This document shows positions 28,701 through 37,052 of a stretch of 64,000 nt of DNA, one piece after another. Positions within the stretch are counted from its first letter, which is position 1, and each line of letters opens with the position of its first letter. Origin of the DNA: an uncultured Thermoleophilia bacterium (GTDB lineage: Bacteria > Actinomycetota > Thermoleophilia > UBA2241); assembly GCA_963702475.1 (NCBI GenBank), contig CAVPCT010000006.1:1-64000 (forward strand), in the 5' to 3' direction. A program made the translations under genes and the position numbers. The notes under the pieces were generated by a model. The model did no database searches and had not been told where the DNA came from. It saw nothing but the letters and a program-made list of their open reading frames with translations.

Positions 28701-29578
28701 TCGGCGTCCCGCAGGTAGGCCTGCACCACGATGCCGGCCTCGTCGTAGCCGGCGAACTCGTCCTCCTCGAGCAGTTCCTTGAAGACCCCGAAGGTCAGGT
28801 CCCGGTACCGGAACTGCTCCAGGTCGAGGTTGACGAATGCCCCGGTGGTCTGGGCCTTGCGGAAGATCGGCCGCAGCCTGTCCTTGACGGCCTCGACGGA
28901 CCGGCGCGTGCCGAGCGGGTCGATCTGCGAGAACAGCGACGTGATCTTGATGGAGATGTTGACGCGCGGGACGGCGCCCCACGCGGCCCGGTCCAGAGCG
29001 GGGTCCGGTGGCCACGCGGCCACCTCGCCCTGGAGCCCCTCGAGCAGCTCGAGGTAGCGCTGCTGGTACGCGGTGGCCTCGCTCTCTCCCGCCGACGCCT
29101 CTCCGAGCACGTCCAGGGTGAAGCCGAGGCCGCGTCTGCGCAGTGCGCGGAGCTTGGGGAGCGCGGCCGCCGCATCGCTGCCGAGGATGAACCGTCCGGC
29201 GAAGGACAGCATCTGGCGGCGGATCACGGCGGCGGCGACGGGGGCCACCGTCCGCTGCCGCGACGCGGCCAGGGCCACGCGAAGCAGGCGGGGAAGCTGC
29301 AGATCGGGCCGGTCGAAGTACTCGCTCAGGTGCCGGTCGATCTCGTCGCTGCTGCGCAAGGTGGGGAACACGTCGATGAAACGGAAGAGCTCGACCTTGA
29401 GCCGGTCGTCGGCCATCGCCCAGTCCATCAGCTCGCCCTGCCAGCGGTCACCGGAGAGGAACGGGGTCCTGTGGCCGGCGATCAGCCGAAACAGCTCTCT
29501 CGCCCTGGCTTGGATGAGAGGTTCGAGGTCTGCGGCCGGCCTTTCGGTCGCCGTCTTCTCGATGACTACAGCAGTCAT
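25712..29578 (-). CDS. putA: Bifunctional proline dehydrogenase / glutamate-semialdehyde dehydrogenase with extra C-terminal ALDH-like domain
   Basis: FTLDVLGE, RLVKGAYWD, ASHNVRS, YFVRRLLEN (PRODH); PWNFP, FTGS, EMGGKN, GQKCSA, EEIFGP (GSALDH). Confidence 0.95.
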   Translation of the reverse strand: MTAVVIEKTATERPAADLEPLIQARARELFRLIAGHRTPFLSGDRWQGELMDWAMADDRLKVELFRFIDVFPTLRSSDEIDRHLSEYFDRPDLQLPRLLRVALAASRQRTVAPVAAAVIRRQMLSFAGRFILGSDAAAALPKLRALRRRGLGFTLDVLGEASAGESEATAYQQRYLELLEGLQGEVAAWPPDPALDRAAWGAVPRVNISIKITSLFSQIDPLGTRRSVEAVKDRLRPIFRKAQTTGAFVNLDLEQFRYRDLTFGVFKELLEEDEFAGYDEAGIVVQAYLRDAEDDVRDLIAWARAHRRVVTVRLVKGAYWDYETVLAAQEGWPPPVFTHKPDSDVNYERITRLMLEHPDQIRSAFASHNVRSLACAIAVAEALGLPSDAYEVQMLHGMGEPIKAAVRSLGLRLREYAPVGELIPGMAYFVRRLLENTANESFLRLTFADGADRDRLVRAPAGSADVDSAARRLPASAPTDPAFPGAFANQPHADFARPENRAAFAAALERVGSGVAAGGLGRHWPLWIGGEPVDTADRTTSVNPARPAETVGTVAVAGPDEAERAVKAARTAFVSWSEAPVAERALVLFHAAELMRRESFDLAALEVFEAGKTWREADADVGEAVDFLEYYGRETLRLDADGQLARGREDDADALSPLGVALIVAPWNFPLAILTGMTGAALVTGNTVIVKPAGPTPVIGAQLARILHEAGAPAGTVNYLPCPGGTVGEQLVRHPDVELIAFTGSRDVGLRIIEQAASHPSRRGLKQVIAEMGGKNALIVDADADLDVAVLESVVSAFHYQGQKCSAASRIVVLESAYDEFLTRFVDAARSVVVGPPEDPASRMGPVITAEARATIERYIDQGKREGRPVLTTDPPEGGWPGGGYYVGPHIFADVAPGAVIAQEEIFGPVVAVIKARDMDEALAIANGTQYALTGGLISRSPATISRVRREFLVGNLYINRGTTGALVERQAFGGFKMSGVGSKAGGPDYLAQFMGEARRAAADGERAPSPEAESVASRSETRRPPGPDADAVIVRAAASGAPLARTSAADRAVRLARAAELVRRHSRELRAGVLAASDDAESDAAVHWAAKEVRDAADCLERIAALVPQVDRVRRMGHQPGELNHYSYQPRGLVLVLGSSQWPLSSICTTAGSALAAGDPVVIKPGGRAKECVALLVRLLVSAGFPAESVGFLPLPGAARGDELVAHPGVDLIALTGTRATAEQVAAVAARARSGDRVKRVVADVGRSRPRHPTASYLVQYLEPRVVTENTLRRGFVPPDELSELAR

Positions 29579-29682
29579 GGTGTGGCTCCCGCGGATCGCG
29601 TCAGGTCGGATGCTCCGAACAAGGGCTCTCGGCCGCTGGCCGTAGCGTCGGCCCGGATCTTCGCCACCGCAAACCAGTCTTT

Positions 29683-29701
29683 CACCAGGTATGACCTGGT
29701 G
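29683..29701. promoter_or_regulatory. Palindromic operator upstream of putA (GntR/FadR-like)
   Basis: CACCAGGT-ATG-ACCTGGTG, perfect 8-bp arms. Confidence 0.6.
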
Positions 29702-29888
29702 TCAGTACTGTGGTGAACCCTACCGCCGGAGATGAGGACATCGTGCTACGTCGCGGACGTCGGCGTCCCGAGACGTGGTGCTGTCGCGAGAGCGCTGCGG
29801 TTCGCCGCTGTGAGGCTTCTCCTGGCCGCGCCCCGGCCGGACGACCAGGGAGAGCAGCGCTCGACGACGGGAACGGATCGCTGCGCCG

Positions 29889-30671
29889 CTACGCTCGCCT
29901 GTCGATGTAGTCCCGGGCGATGTCCGCGAGCCGGGCGCCGTCGAACCGGTCGCCGTGTCCGGGCAGCACCGCCGTCACCGGCAGTTGCAGCAGCGACTGC
30001 ATCGTCCTGACGTAGGCGTCGATGTCCGCGCCCGGCAGTCCGTCGATCAGGCCGCCTTCGTAGACGGCGTCGCCGGAGAACAGCAGCCCAGTGCGTTCGT
30101 CCCAGAGGCCGATGCTCCCCGGTGAGTGGCCGGGCAGATGCAACACCACGAAGCTGCGGTCGCCCAGGTCGATGGTCTCGCCGCCCTGCAGGATCGCGGT
30201 CGGCTGGGCTGCGGGCGTTGCGAAGCTTCGCGCGTCGAATGCGGCGAACGGCACGCGTGACAGCAGGACCTCGGGCAACGCATCGGCCTCCGCGCGGTAC
30301 TCGGCGCCGAGCTGGGACCTCCAGGACGACGCGAGCAGCGGGGGCGCCGGACCGCCCGCCGCGACCGTTTTGGCCTCCAGGCGATGGACCCGCCGGTCGA
30401 CGGACTCATGGAGGCCTCCGACGTGATCCGCGTGAGCGTGCGAGGCGACGGCCACGATGGGCTTGGCGGCATCGCCGCGGATCCCATTGACGACCGGCAG
30501 GAGCGGAACGATGCCGTTGCCGGTGTCGAAGAGCAGATCTTTCTCCGCCGCCTCGATCAGCCACACGTTGGCGGAGAGCAGCCAGTGGACGTGAGGCTCC
30601 GTGAGGAGGGTGAGTCCCCGTGAGACCCGACCGACGTCGTACCACTCTGCAGCGACAGGGAGAGGAGTCAT
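29889..30671 (-). CDS. MBL-fold metallohydrolase
   Basis: SHAHADHVGG, PGHSPG, FSGD and PGHG motifs; ends TAG. Confidence 0.9.
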   Translation of the reverse strand: MTPLPVAAEWYDVGRVSRGLTLLTEPHVHWLLSANVWLIEAAEKDLLFDTGNGIVPLLPVVNGIRGDAAKPIVAVASHAHADHVGGLHESVDRRVHRLEAKTVAAGGPAPPLLASSWRSQLGAEYRAEADALPEVLLSRVPFAAFDARSFATPAAQPTAILQGGETIDLGDRSFVVLHLPGHSPGSIGLWDERTGLLFSGDAVYEGGLIDGLPGADIDAYVRTMQSLLQLPVTAVLPGHGDRFDGARLADIARDYIDRRA

Positions 30672-30803
30672 CGCGGGGATGGTACCAAGAGCCGGGCGGT
30701 CGAGAAGCGCCTACTGCGACCGGGGGCGTCGAGATCGTGGAGTAGTAGATGCTAGGTATTGTCGCCTCACGCGTTCAGACATAGTGTGTGTTACGTGTAC
30801 ACC

Positions 30804-31703
30804 GTGGACCGGCAGCCTGACTCGATCCCCGCGCGCCTGCGAGAGGTCGCCGCGACATTGCCGCGCGGGGAGCGTAGCGTCGCTCGCGCCCTGTCCAACG
30901 ACTACCCGATCGCCGGACTCGGGACGCTCGCCGAGCTCGCTGCTCGTGCCGGCGTCAGCGCGCCCACGGTGCTCCGCCTGCTGGGCAGGATCGGGTTCGA
31001 CGGTTACACGGAGTTCCAGCGCGCCCTTCACGTCGAGCTCAGCGAGCGGCTCGCTGCCGTGTACGAGGACTATGACCGCGGCGCGTACGACGAACGCGGC
31101 ATCGGGGCGGCATCTCTGACCCGGGCGGCGGCGGCAGTGGAGGCGACGGCGACGGCGTTCGCGGACGACGAGTTCGCCGTGGCCGTACGTCTGCTGGCCG
31201 ATCCGCGCCTCTCGGTGTACGCCCTGGGCGGAGCATTCAGCCAGTCCGTCGCGTTGCTGCTGACGACGCACCTCGGCGTGCTTCGCCCGCGCGTGCGTCA
31301 CCTGCCCTACGGCTCGACCGAGGCGATCGGCGCGCTCGCCCAGGCCGGCAGTCGCGACGTGGTCGTCGTCTACGACTTCCGGCGCTACTCGGATTCCGTC
31401 CTTGCCGTTGCCCGGCACGCGGAACAGAGGGGGGCCGAGATCGTGCTCGTCACCGACCGCTGGCTCTCGCCGGTGGCGACCTTCGCCGACAGCGTGCTCG
31501 TGGCGCGCACGGAATCGGTCTCCCCGTTCGATTCGCTCGCTCCGGCGACGGCGCTGACGGAGGCGCTCCTGGCCGGGGTCAGCGCGCTCCTGGACGAGAC
31601 GGGGCGGGAGAGGGCGCGGGCCATCGCGGAGCTCACCGCGGCGACGACGCGGGAGACCAGCCGGGAGGTCCCGGCTGTCGCGCACCGGCGGGAGGGCTCG
31701 TGA
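30804..31703 (+). CDS. MurR/RpiR-family regulator
   Basis: ELAARAGVSAPTVLR...GFDGYTEFQ HTH plus SIS domain (DFRRY, VTDRWLSP). Confidence 0.9.
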   Translation: MDRQPDSIPARLREVAATLPRGERSVARALSNDYPIAGLGTLAELAARAGVSAPTVLRLLGRIGFDGYTEFQRALHVELSERLAAVYEDYDRGAYDERGIGAASLTRAAAAVEATATAFADDEFAVAVRLLADPRLSVYALGGAFSQSVALLLTTHLGVLRPRVRHLPYGSTEAIGALAQAGSRDVVVVYDFRRYSDSVLAVARHAEQRGAEIVLVTDRWLSPVATFADSVLVARTESVSPFDSLAPATALTEALLAGVSALLDETGRERARAIAELTAATTRETSREVPAVAHRREGS

Positions 31704-32908
31704 CGGTGCCGGCGAGCGCATCGCAGGGCGCGTCGGCGACGGCGGCGTTCGCCGAGCGGCGAAAGGCCGTCGCGCTCGCACGCCTGGAGCGTCTGGTGCG
31801 CATCGACAGCGGGGTCGACGCGCCGGCCGGCCGCGAGGAGGTCGCCGGCCTGCTCGCTGAATGGGCCGCCGCCGCGGGCTGTGCGGTCGAGCTGGTGCCC
31901 GGGAGCGGCGGCAGCACACTCTGCGCGCAGCTGGACGGCGCCGGCGGCCCCCGGGTCGTGCTGCTGGGCCACCACGACACCGTGCACCCGGCCGGCTCGG
32001 CCGAGCGCCTGGGCTTCGCGGTGCGCGGCGCCCGCGCGTACGGGCCGGGCGTGGCCGACATGAAGGGCGGGCTGGTGCTCGCGCTCGCCGTGCTCGAGGC
32101 GCTCGGCGGCGGGGACCGGCCCTTCGGCGCCGTGGAGCTGGTCAGCGTACCGGACGAGGAGACGCGCCCGCACGGCGCCTTCGACGTGCTCGATCGTGTG
32201 CGCGGAGCGGACGCGTGTCTGGTGCTCGAGTGCGCGCGCGAGAACGGGGACCTCGTCTTCGCGCGCAAGGCGCAGGCGTGCTTCGCGCTGGCCGCGCGAG
32301 GGCGCAGCGCCCACGCCGGCACCCACCCGGAGCGCGGGCGCAGCGCTCTCCTGGCCCTGTGCCGCGAGGCCCTGCGCCTGGATGCGCTCAACGGCGTCCG
32401 CCCGGGCCTCACCGTCACCGTCGGCACCATGCACGCCGGCACGCACTTCGCCACGGTGCCCGATGTGGCCGAGGCCGAGGTGGACGTGCGCGCCTGGGCG
32501 CAGGACGACGTCGGCTGGGCACTCGACGAGGCGCGTGCCGTCGGCGCGCACGATGGCGTCGCGATCGCCGTGGAGAGGCTCTCACGCTGGCCGGGGATGA
32601 CCGCGTCGCCGGCCTCTCTCGCGTTGCTGGACGCGGCCGAGGAGCTCGGGCGCCGGCTGGGTACTCCCGTCGGCCGGCGTCGCACCGGCGGCTCCAGCGA
32701 CGGCTGCTGGACGGCCGTCGCCGGCGTCCCGACCGTCGACGGGCTCGGGCCGATAGGGGGCAACGACCACTCCCCGGACGAGTACATCGACCTCGATTCC
32801 TGGCCGGCGCGCTGCGCGCTGCTGGCCGGGGTCATCTGTGCCGTGGCCGAGGCGGAGGGTCCGCCGCGCCGCCGCCCGGCACGAGGCAAGGAGGGGACCC
32901 ATGACTGA
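31700..32908 (+). CDS. M20 metallopeptidase (glutamate carboxypeptidase-like)
   Basis: GHHDTV, GPGVADMKGG, PDEE, GRSAHAG, GGSSDG and GLGP.GG.DHSPDE motifs. Confidence 0.88.
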   Translation: MTVPASASQGASATAAFAERRKAVALARLERLVRIDSGVDAPAGREEVAGLLAEWAAAAGCAVELVPGSGGSTLCAQLDGAGGPRVVLLGHHDTVHPAGSAERLGFAVRGARAYGPGVADMKGGLVLALAVLEALGGGDRPFGAVELVSVPDEETRPHGAFDVLDRVRGADACLVLECARENGDLVFARKAQACFALAARGRSAHAGTHPERGRSALLALCREALRLDALNGVRPGLTVTVGTMHAGTHFATVPDVAEAEVDVRAWAQDDVGWALDEARAVGAHDGVAIAVERLSRWPGMTASPASLALLDAAEELGRRLGTPVGRRRTGGSSDGCWTAVAGVPTVDGLGPIGGNDHSPDEYIDLDSWPARCALLAGVICAVAEAEGPPRRRPARGKEGTHD

Positions 32909-34340
32909 GACCCAGGGCGCGCCGCCCGGCCCGGACGCACGCTCGCGGAGCGGCCCGAGCGCTCCCGCCGGCCCCGTCACCCGCGATGAGCTGCTCCGCC
33001 TGATCGCCTCGGGAGCCGTGGAGACCGTGATTCTCGCCGCACCCGACCGCTACGGCAGGCTGTTCGGCAAACGCGTCCACGGGCCGTTCTTCGCCGAGGA
33101 CCCGGAACAGGGCATGATGACCTGCTCCGTCAACGTGGCCTGGGACCTCGGCCAGGACTTCGTCGGGCACCTCGACTACACCGGCTGGCACACCGGCTAC
33201 CACGACATGCACGGGCGCCCAGACATGGTGACTGCGCGCGTGCTGCCGTGGGCTGACCGGACGGCGCTCATCCTCTGCGACCTCGTCGAGGAGGACGGCA
33301 CCGACATCCCGGTGGCCCCGCGCACGATGCTGCGGCGGCAGCTCGACCGTGCCGCCGCCGCCGGCTTCACCTGCGTGACCGCCTCGGAGCTCGAGTTCCA
33401 CGTGTTCCGCGAGAGCTATGACGAGGCGCGCGCCAAGGGGTACCGCGAGCTCACCGCGGCGCCGGGCTACTGCAACGACTACCTGATCCTCGCGCAGGCG
33501 CAGGTGGAGCCCTTCCTCGCCGACGTGCGGCGCACGCTCACCGACGTCGGCGTGCCCGTGGAGTGCAGCAAGGGGGAGTACGGCTGGGGTCAGACGGAGG
33601 TGAACCTGCGCTACGCCGAAGCCATGGAGTCCGCCGACCGCCACGTGCTGTACAAGGAAGGCGTCAAGGAGTTCGCCCAGCGGCACGGCCTGAGCGTGAC
33701 GTTCATGGCGCTGCCCTTCGCGGGGACGGCGGCGTCGGCGCAGCCTCCGTCCGGCTCGAGCTGCCACATCCACGTCAGCCTGTGGGACGCCGCCGCGGAG
33801 GCGAACCTGTTCGCCGGCGGCGAGACGCAGTCGGAGACGTCGCGGCATTTCCTCGGCGGCCTCATGCGTTGCCTGCCCGAGCTGATGCCGCTGCTGGCGC
33901 CGAACGTGAACTCGTACAAGCGCCTGCGCGGAGAGGATTTCGCGCCGTGCTCCAACGCCTGGGGCCACGATAACCGCTCGGTGGCGTTCCGCCTGGTCGG
34001 CGAGGGCGCCGCCGCGCGTATCGAGAACCGCGTGCCCGGCGCCGACGTGAACCCGTACCTGGCGTACGCGGCCATGATCGGCGCGGGGCTGTACGGCCTC
34101 GAGCATGGCCTGGAGCCGGGACCCTTCGCCGCGGACAACGCCCGCGAGATGCCCGGCGTCGAGCGGCTGCCGCGTTCGCTGGCGGAGGCGCTTGCGCGCT
34201 TCCGCGAGTCCGAGCTGGCGGCGGAGGTCCTCACGGCCGAGGTGGTCCGGTACTGCACCACCTTCATCGAGCACGAGCTGGAGGCCTACGAGAGCGCGGT
34301 CACCGACTGGGAGCGGGCCGTGTTGTACGAGCAGGCGTAG
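32901..34340 (+). CDS. Glutamine synthetase-like gamma-glutamyl-amine ligase (GlnA4/IpuC/PuuA type)
   Basis: GRLFGKR, SELEF, KGE.G.GQ.E, GSSCHIHVSLW, NSYKR, WGHDNR and IENRVPG.D.NPY motifs; ends TAG. Confidence 0.88.
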   Translation: MTETQGAPPGPDARSRSGPSAPAGPVTRDELLRLIASGAVETVILAAPDRYGRLFGKRVHGPFFAEDPEQGMMTCSVNVAWDLGQDFVGHLDYTGWHTGYHDMHGRPDMVTARVLPWADRTALILCDLVEEDGTDIPVAPRTMLRRQLDRAAAAGFTCVTASELEFHVFRESYDEARAKGYRELTAAPGYCNDYLILAQAQVEPFLADVRRTLTDVGVPVECSKGEYGWGQTEVNLRYAEAMESADRHVLYKEGVKEFAQRHGLSVTFMALPFAGTAASAQPPSGSSCHIHVSLWDAAAEANLFAGGETQSETSRHFLGGLMRCLPELMPLLAPNVNSYKRLRGEDFAPCSNAWGHDNRSVAFRLVGEGAAARIENRVPGADVNPYLAYAAMIGAGLYGLEHGLEPGPFAADNAREMPGVERLPRSLAEALARFRESELAAEVLTAEVVRYCTTFIEHELEAYESAVTDWERAVLYEQA

Positions 34341-34397
34341 CGAGACGCGAACGCGCCGGTGGGCGTCGCCGGCCGGCGCACAGACGAGGAGAGGCAC

Positions 34398-35165
34398 ATG
34401 GGAGAGAGGCTGCAGGGCAAGGTCGCGCTGATCACCGGCGCGGGGATGGGCATGGGGCGCGAGGCCTGCGAGGTGTTCGCCGGAGAGGGCGCGCGGATCG
34501 TGGCCCTCGATGTTGACGAGGCGGCGCTGGCGCAGACGGCCGCCGCCGTGACGCAGGCCGCGGGCGAGATCCTGACCGTCGTGACCGACGTGGCCGATGA
34601 AGCCGCGGTCAAGGCCGCCGTGGAGGCGGGTTGCGCCCGTTTCGGCGGCCTGCACATCCTCTACAACAACGCCGGCGTGCTGTGGCGCGACAAGGACTTC
34701 GGCGTGCTCGACACCGATTCGGACGTGTGGGACCGGGTGATGGGCATCAACCTCAAAGGCATGGTCTGGGTGTGCAAGTTCGGCATCCCCAAGCTCATCG
34801 AGGCCGGCGGCGGCGCCGTCGTCAACATCGGCTCGGTGTCGGCACTGCTCGGCGACCCCGTACCGCAGGACGCCTACTCGTGCAGCAAAGGCGCCGTCAT
34901 CTCCTTGACGCGCTCGCTGGCCGTGCAGTTCGCGCCCCACAACGTGCGCGCCAACTGCATCCACCCGGGCTTCGTGATGACGCCGATGCAGGCGGAGAAG
35001 ACGGTCAGCCAGGAGTGGATCGACGGCGCCTGCGAGTACATCCCGCTGGGGCGCCTGGGGCAGCCGCGCGACATCGTCAACGCAGCCCTCTTCCTCGCCG
35101 GCGACGAGGCCGCGTACATCACAGGTGCGGAGCTCGTCGTCGACGGCGGCTCCATGGTGATCTGA
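34398..35165 (+). CDS. Short-chain dehydrogenase/reductase
   Basis: TGAGMGMG, NNAG, YSCSKG and VDGG motifs. Confidence 0.92.
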   Translation: MGERLQGKVALITGAGMGMGREACEVFAGEGARIVALDVDEAALAQTAAAVTQAAGEILTVVTDVADEAAVKAAVEAGCARFGGLHILYNNAGVLWRDKDFGVLDTDSDVWDRVMGINLKGMVWVCKFGIPKLIEAGGGAVVNIGSVSALLGDPVPQDAYSCSKGAVISLTRSLAVQFAPHNVRANCIHPGFVMTPMQAEKTVSQEWIDGACEYIPLGRLGQPRDIVNAALFLAGDEAAYITGAELVVDGGSMVI

Positions 35166-35182
35166 GAAAGGCGGGCAGAGCG

Positions 35183-36694
35183 ATGAGCGAGACGAGTACG
35201 GCGGGCGCCGGGCGCAGCAGCGAGGACGGCCGCCACTACCGCATGTATATCGACGGGTCGTTCGTGGAGGCGGAGAGCGGCGCCCGCGACGAGGTCGAGG
35301 ACCCGTCCGCCGGCGAGGTGTTCGCGACGTGCGCCCGGGCCGGCGCGGCCGACGCCGAGCGCGCCATCCGCGCCGCCAGGCGCGCCTTCGACGACGGTCC
35401 CTGGGGCCGCGCGACGGGACCGGAGCGGGCCGACCTGCTGCGCGCCGTGGCCGCCGGCCTGCGCGAGCGCGCGGAGGAGATCGGCCGTCTCGAGACCCTG
35501 CAGCAGGGGCACCTCATCGCCGAGAGCGTCGATGAGGTGGGCGGCTGCGCGCGGACGTTCGAGTACTTCGCGGGGCTGGCCTGCGACAGGCAGGGCCAGC
35601 CGCTCAAGTTCGAGGGTGACCTCTCGAGCGCCGTGACCCGCGAGCCCGCGGGCGTGGTCGCGGCGATCGTCCCCTGGAACTACCCGATCGACATCGCCGT
35701 GGGCAAGGTGGCGCCGGCGCTGGCGGCCGGCAACACGGTCGTCCTCAAGCCGGCCTCCGTCACCCCGCTGACGGCCCTGCTGCTGGCGGAGGTCTTCCAC
35801 GCCGCCGGCGCGCCGCCCGGCGTCGTGCAGGTCGTCACCGGTCCCGGCGGCGAGGTCGGCGCCGCGCTGGCTGCCTCGCCGTTCGTCGACCTGGTCACGC
35901 TCACCGGCAGCGTCGAGGTCGGCCGGGAGGTGAGGCGCCTCGCCGCCGACACTGTCAAGAAGTGCGTCCTCGAGCTGGGCGGCAAGAGCGCCAACGTGGT
36001 GTTCGCAGACTGCGGCTTCGAGGCGGCGATCCAGGGCCAGATGCTGGCCATGTTCACCACCGCCGGCCAGGTGTGCACCGCCGGCACGAGGCTGATCGTC
36101 GAGCGCGGCCTGCACGACGAGTTCGTGGCCGCCCTCGCGAAGCGCGCCGCAGGACTCGTCATCGGTGCGGCCATCGACCCGGCCACCGAGATGGGCCCGC
36201 TTGTCTCCGCCCAGCAGCTGGCGACAGTGGAGCGCTACGTCGCCAAGGGCCTGGAGGAGGGTGCTCACCTGGTCTGCGGCGGCCGGCGCATCGACCGGCC
36301 CGGCTACTTCTACGAGCCCACGGTCTTCACCGGCGTCACTCCCGACATGACGATCGCCCGCGAGGAGATCTTCGGCCCCGTGCTCGTGGTCATGCCGTTC
36401 GACGACGAGGATGAGGCTGTCGCGCTGGCCAACGACACCGACTACGGTCTCTCCGCCGGCGTCTGGACGACGAATCTGTCGCGCGCGCTGCGCGTGAGCA
36501 GCCGCCTGCGGGCCGGCGCGATCTGGGTCAACACCTGGTTCGCCTCGCTGGCGAGCGCCGCCGGCGGCGGGCGCAAGCTCAGCGGCGTCGGCGTCGAGGG
36601 CGGTCTGCCCGGTTTCGAGGAGTACACGGAGGTGAAGCACGTGGCGATGAACCTGAGTGACGAGCCGAACGGGTACTACCCGGCCAAGGAGTGA
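35183..36694 (+). CDS. Aldehyde dehydrogenase (betaine/aminoaldehyde-type)
   Basis: PWNYP, LTGS, LELGGKS, GQVCTAG and EEIFGPV motifs. Confidence 0.92.
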   Translation: MSETSTAGAGRSSEDGRHYRMYIDGSFVEAESGARDEVEDPSAGEVFATCARAGAADAERAIRAARRAFDDGPWGRATGPERADLLRAVAAGLRERAEEIGRLETLQQGHLIAESVDEVGGCARTFEYFAGLACDRQGQPLKFEGDLSSAVTREPAGVVAAIVPWNYPIDIAVGKVAPALAAGNTVVLKPASVTPLTALLLAEVFHAAGAPPGVVQVVTGPGGEVGAALAASPFVDLVTLTGSVEVGREVRRLAADTVKKCVLELGGKSANVVFADCGFEAAIQGQMLAMFTTAGQVCTAGTRLIVERGLHDEFVAALAKRAAGLVIGAAIDPATEMGPLVSAQQLATVERYVAKGLEEGAHLVCGGRRIDRPGYFYEPTVFTGVTPDMTIAREEIFGPVLVVMPFDDEDEAVALANDTDYGLSAGVWTTNLSRALRVSSRLRAGAIWVNTWFASLASAAGGGRKLSGVGVEGGLPGFEEYTEVKHVAMNLSDEPNGYYPAKE

Positions 36695-36700
36695 CGCGCC

Positions 36701-36982
36701 ATGATCGTGCACCTGTCGATCCACACGCCCGGGCCCGGCAGAGAGAGCGACCTCATCGCGTCCATGCACCGCTTCGGCGCGGCGGCCGCGGGCGCGCCGG
36801 GCCTCATCGACGTGAAGACGCTGCGCGACCGCCGCACGGGTCGTCTGATCGGGATGGCCCGCTGGCAGAATGAAGCCTCCTGGGAGGCCGGCGTCGCGGC
36901 GATGCGTGCGGCCGTCGCGGACGATCCGTTCGACGAGTGGGAGACGCAGGAGCCGGAGAGCTTCCTGCTGGATGAAGTCTGA
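36701..36982 (+). CDS. ABM-like (antibiotic biosynthesis monooxygenase) small protein
   Basis: 93 aa, PG.E...APGL...W pattern; operon position. Confidence 0.65.
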   Translation: MIVHLSIHTPGPGRESDLIASMHRFGAAAAGAPGLIDVKTLRDRRTGRLIGMARWQNEASWEAGVAAMRAAVADDPFDEWETQEPESFLLDEV

Positions 36983-37052
36983 GTGCGGGCGCCGTGAGGG
37001 GTTCGTCTCCCCCCCGGGCCCCCCGGGCGCCGGTGACCAGCTGGAGGTGGGC

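Noticed and set aside
26201-29716. Long antisense and alternate-frame ORFs (1171, 899, 750, 731 aa and others)
   Set aside because: Stop-poor shadows of GC-rich genes; Arg/Ala/Gly-rich with no motifs.
32901-34340. Housekeeping glnA
   Set aside because: Motifs and operon context fit the gamma-glutamyl-amine ligase subgroup.
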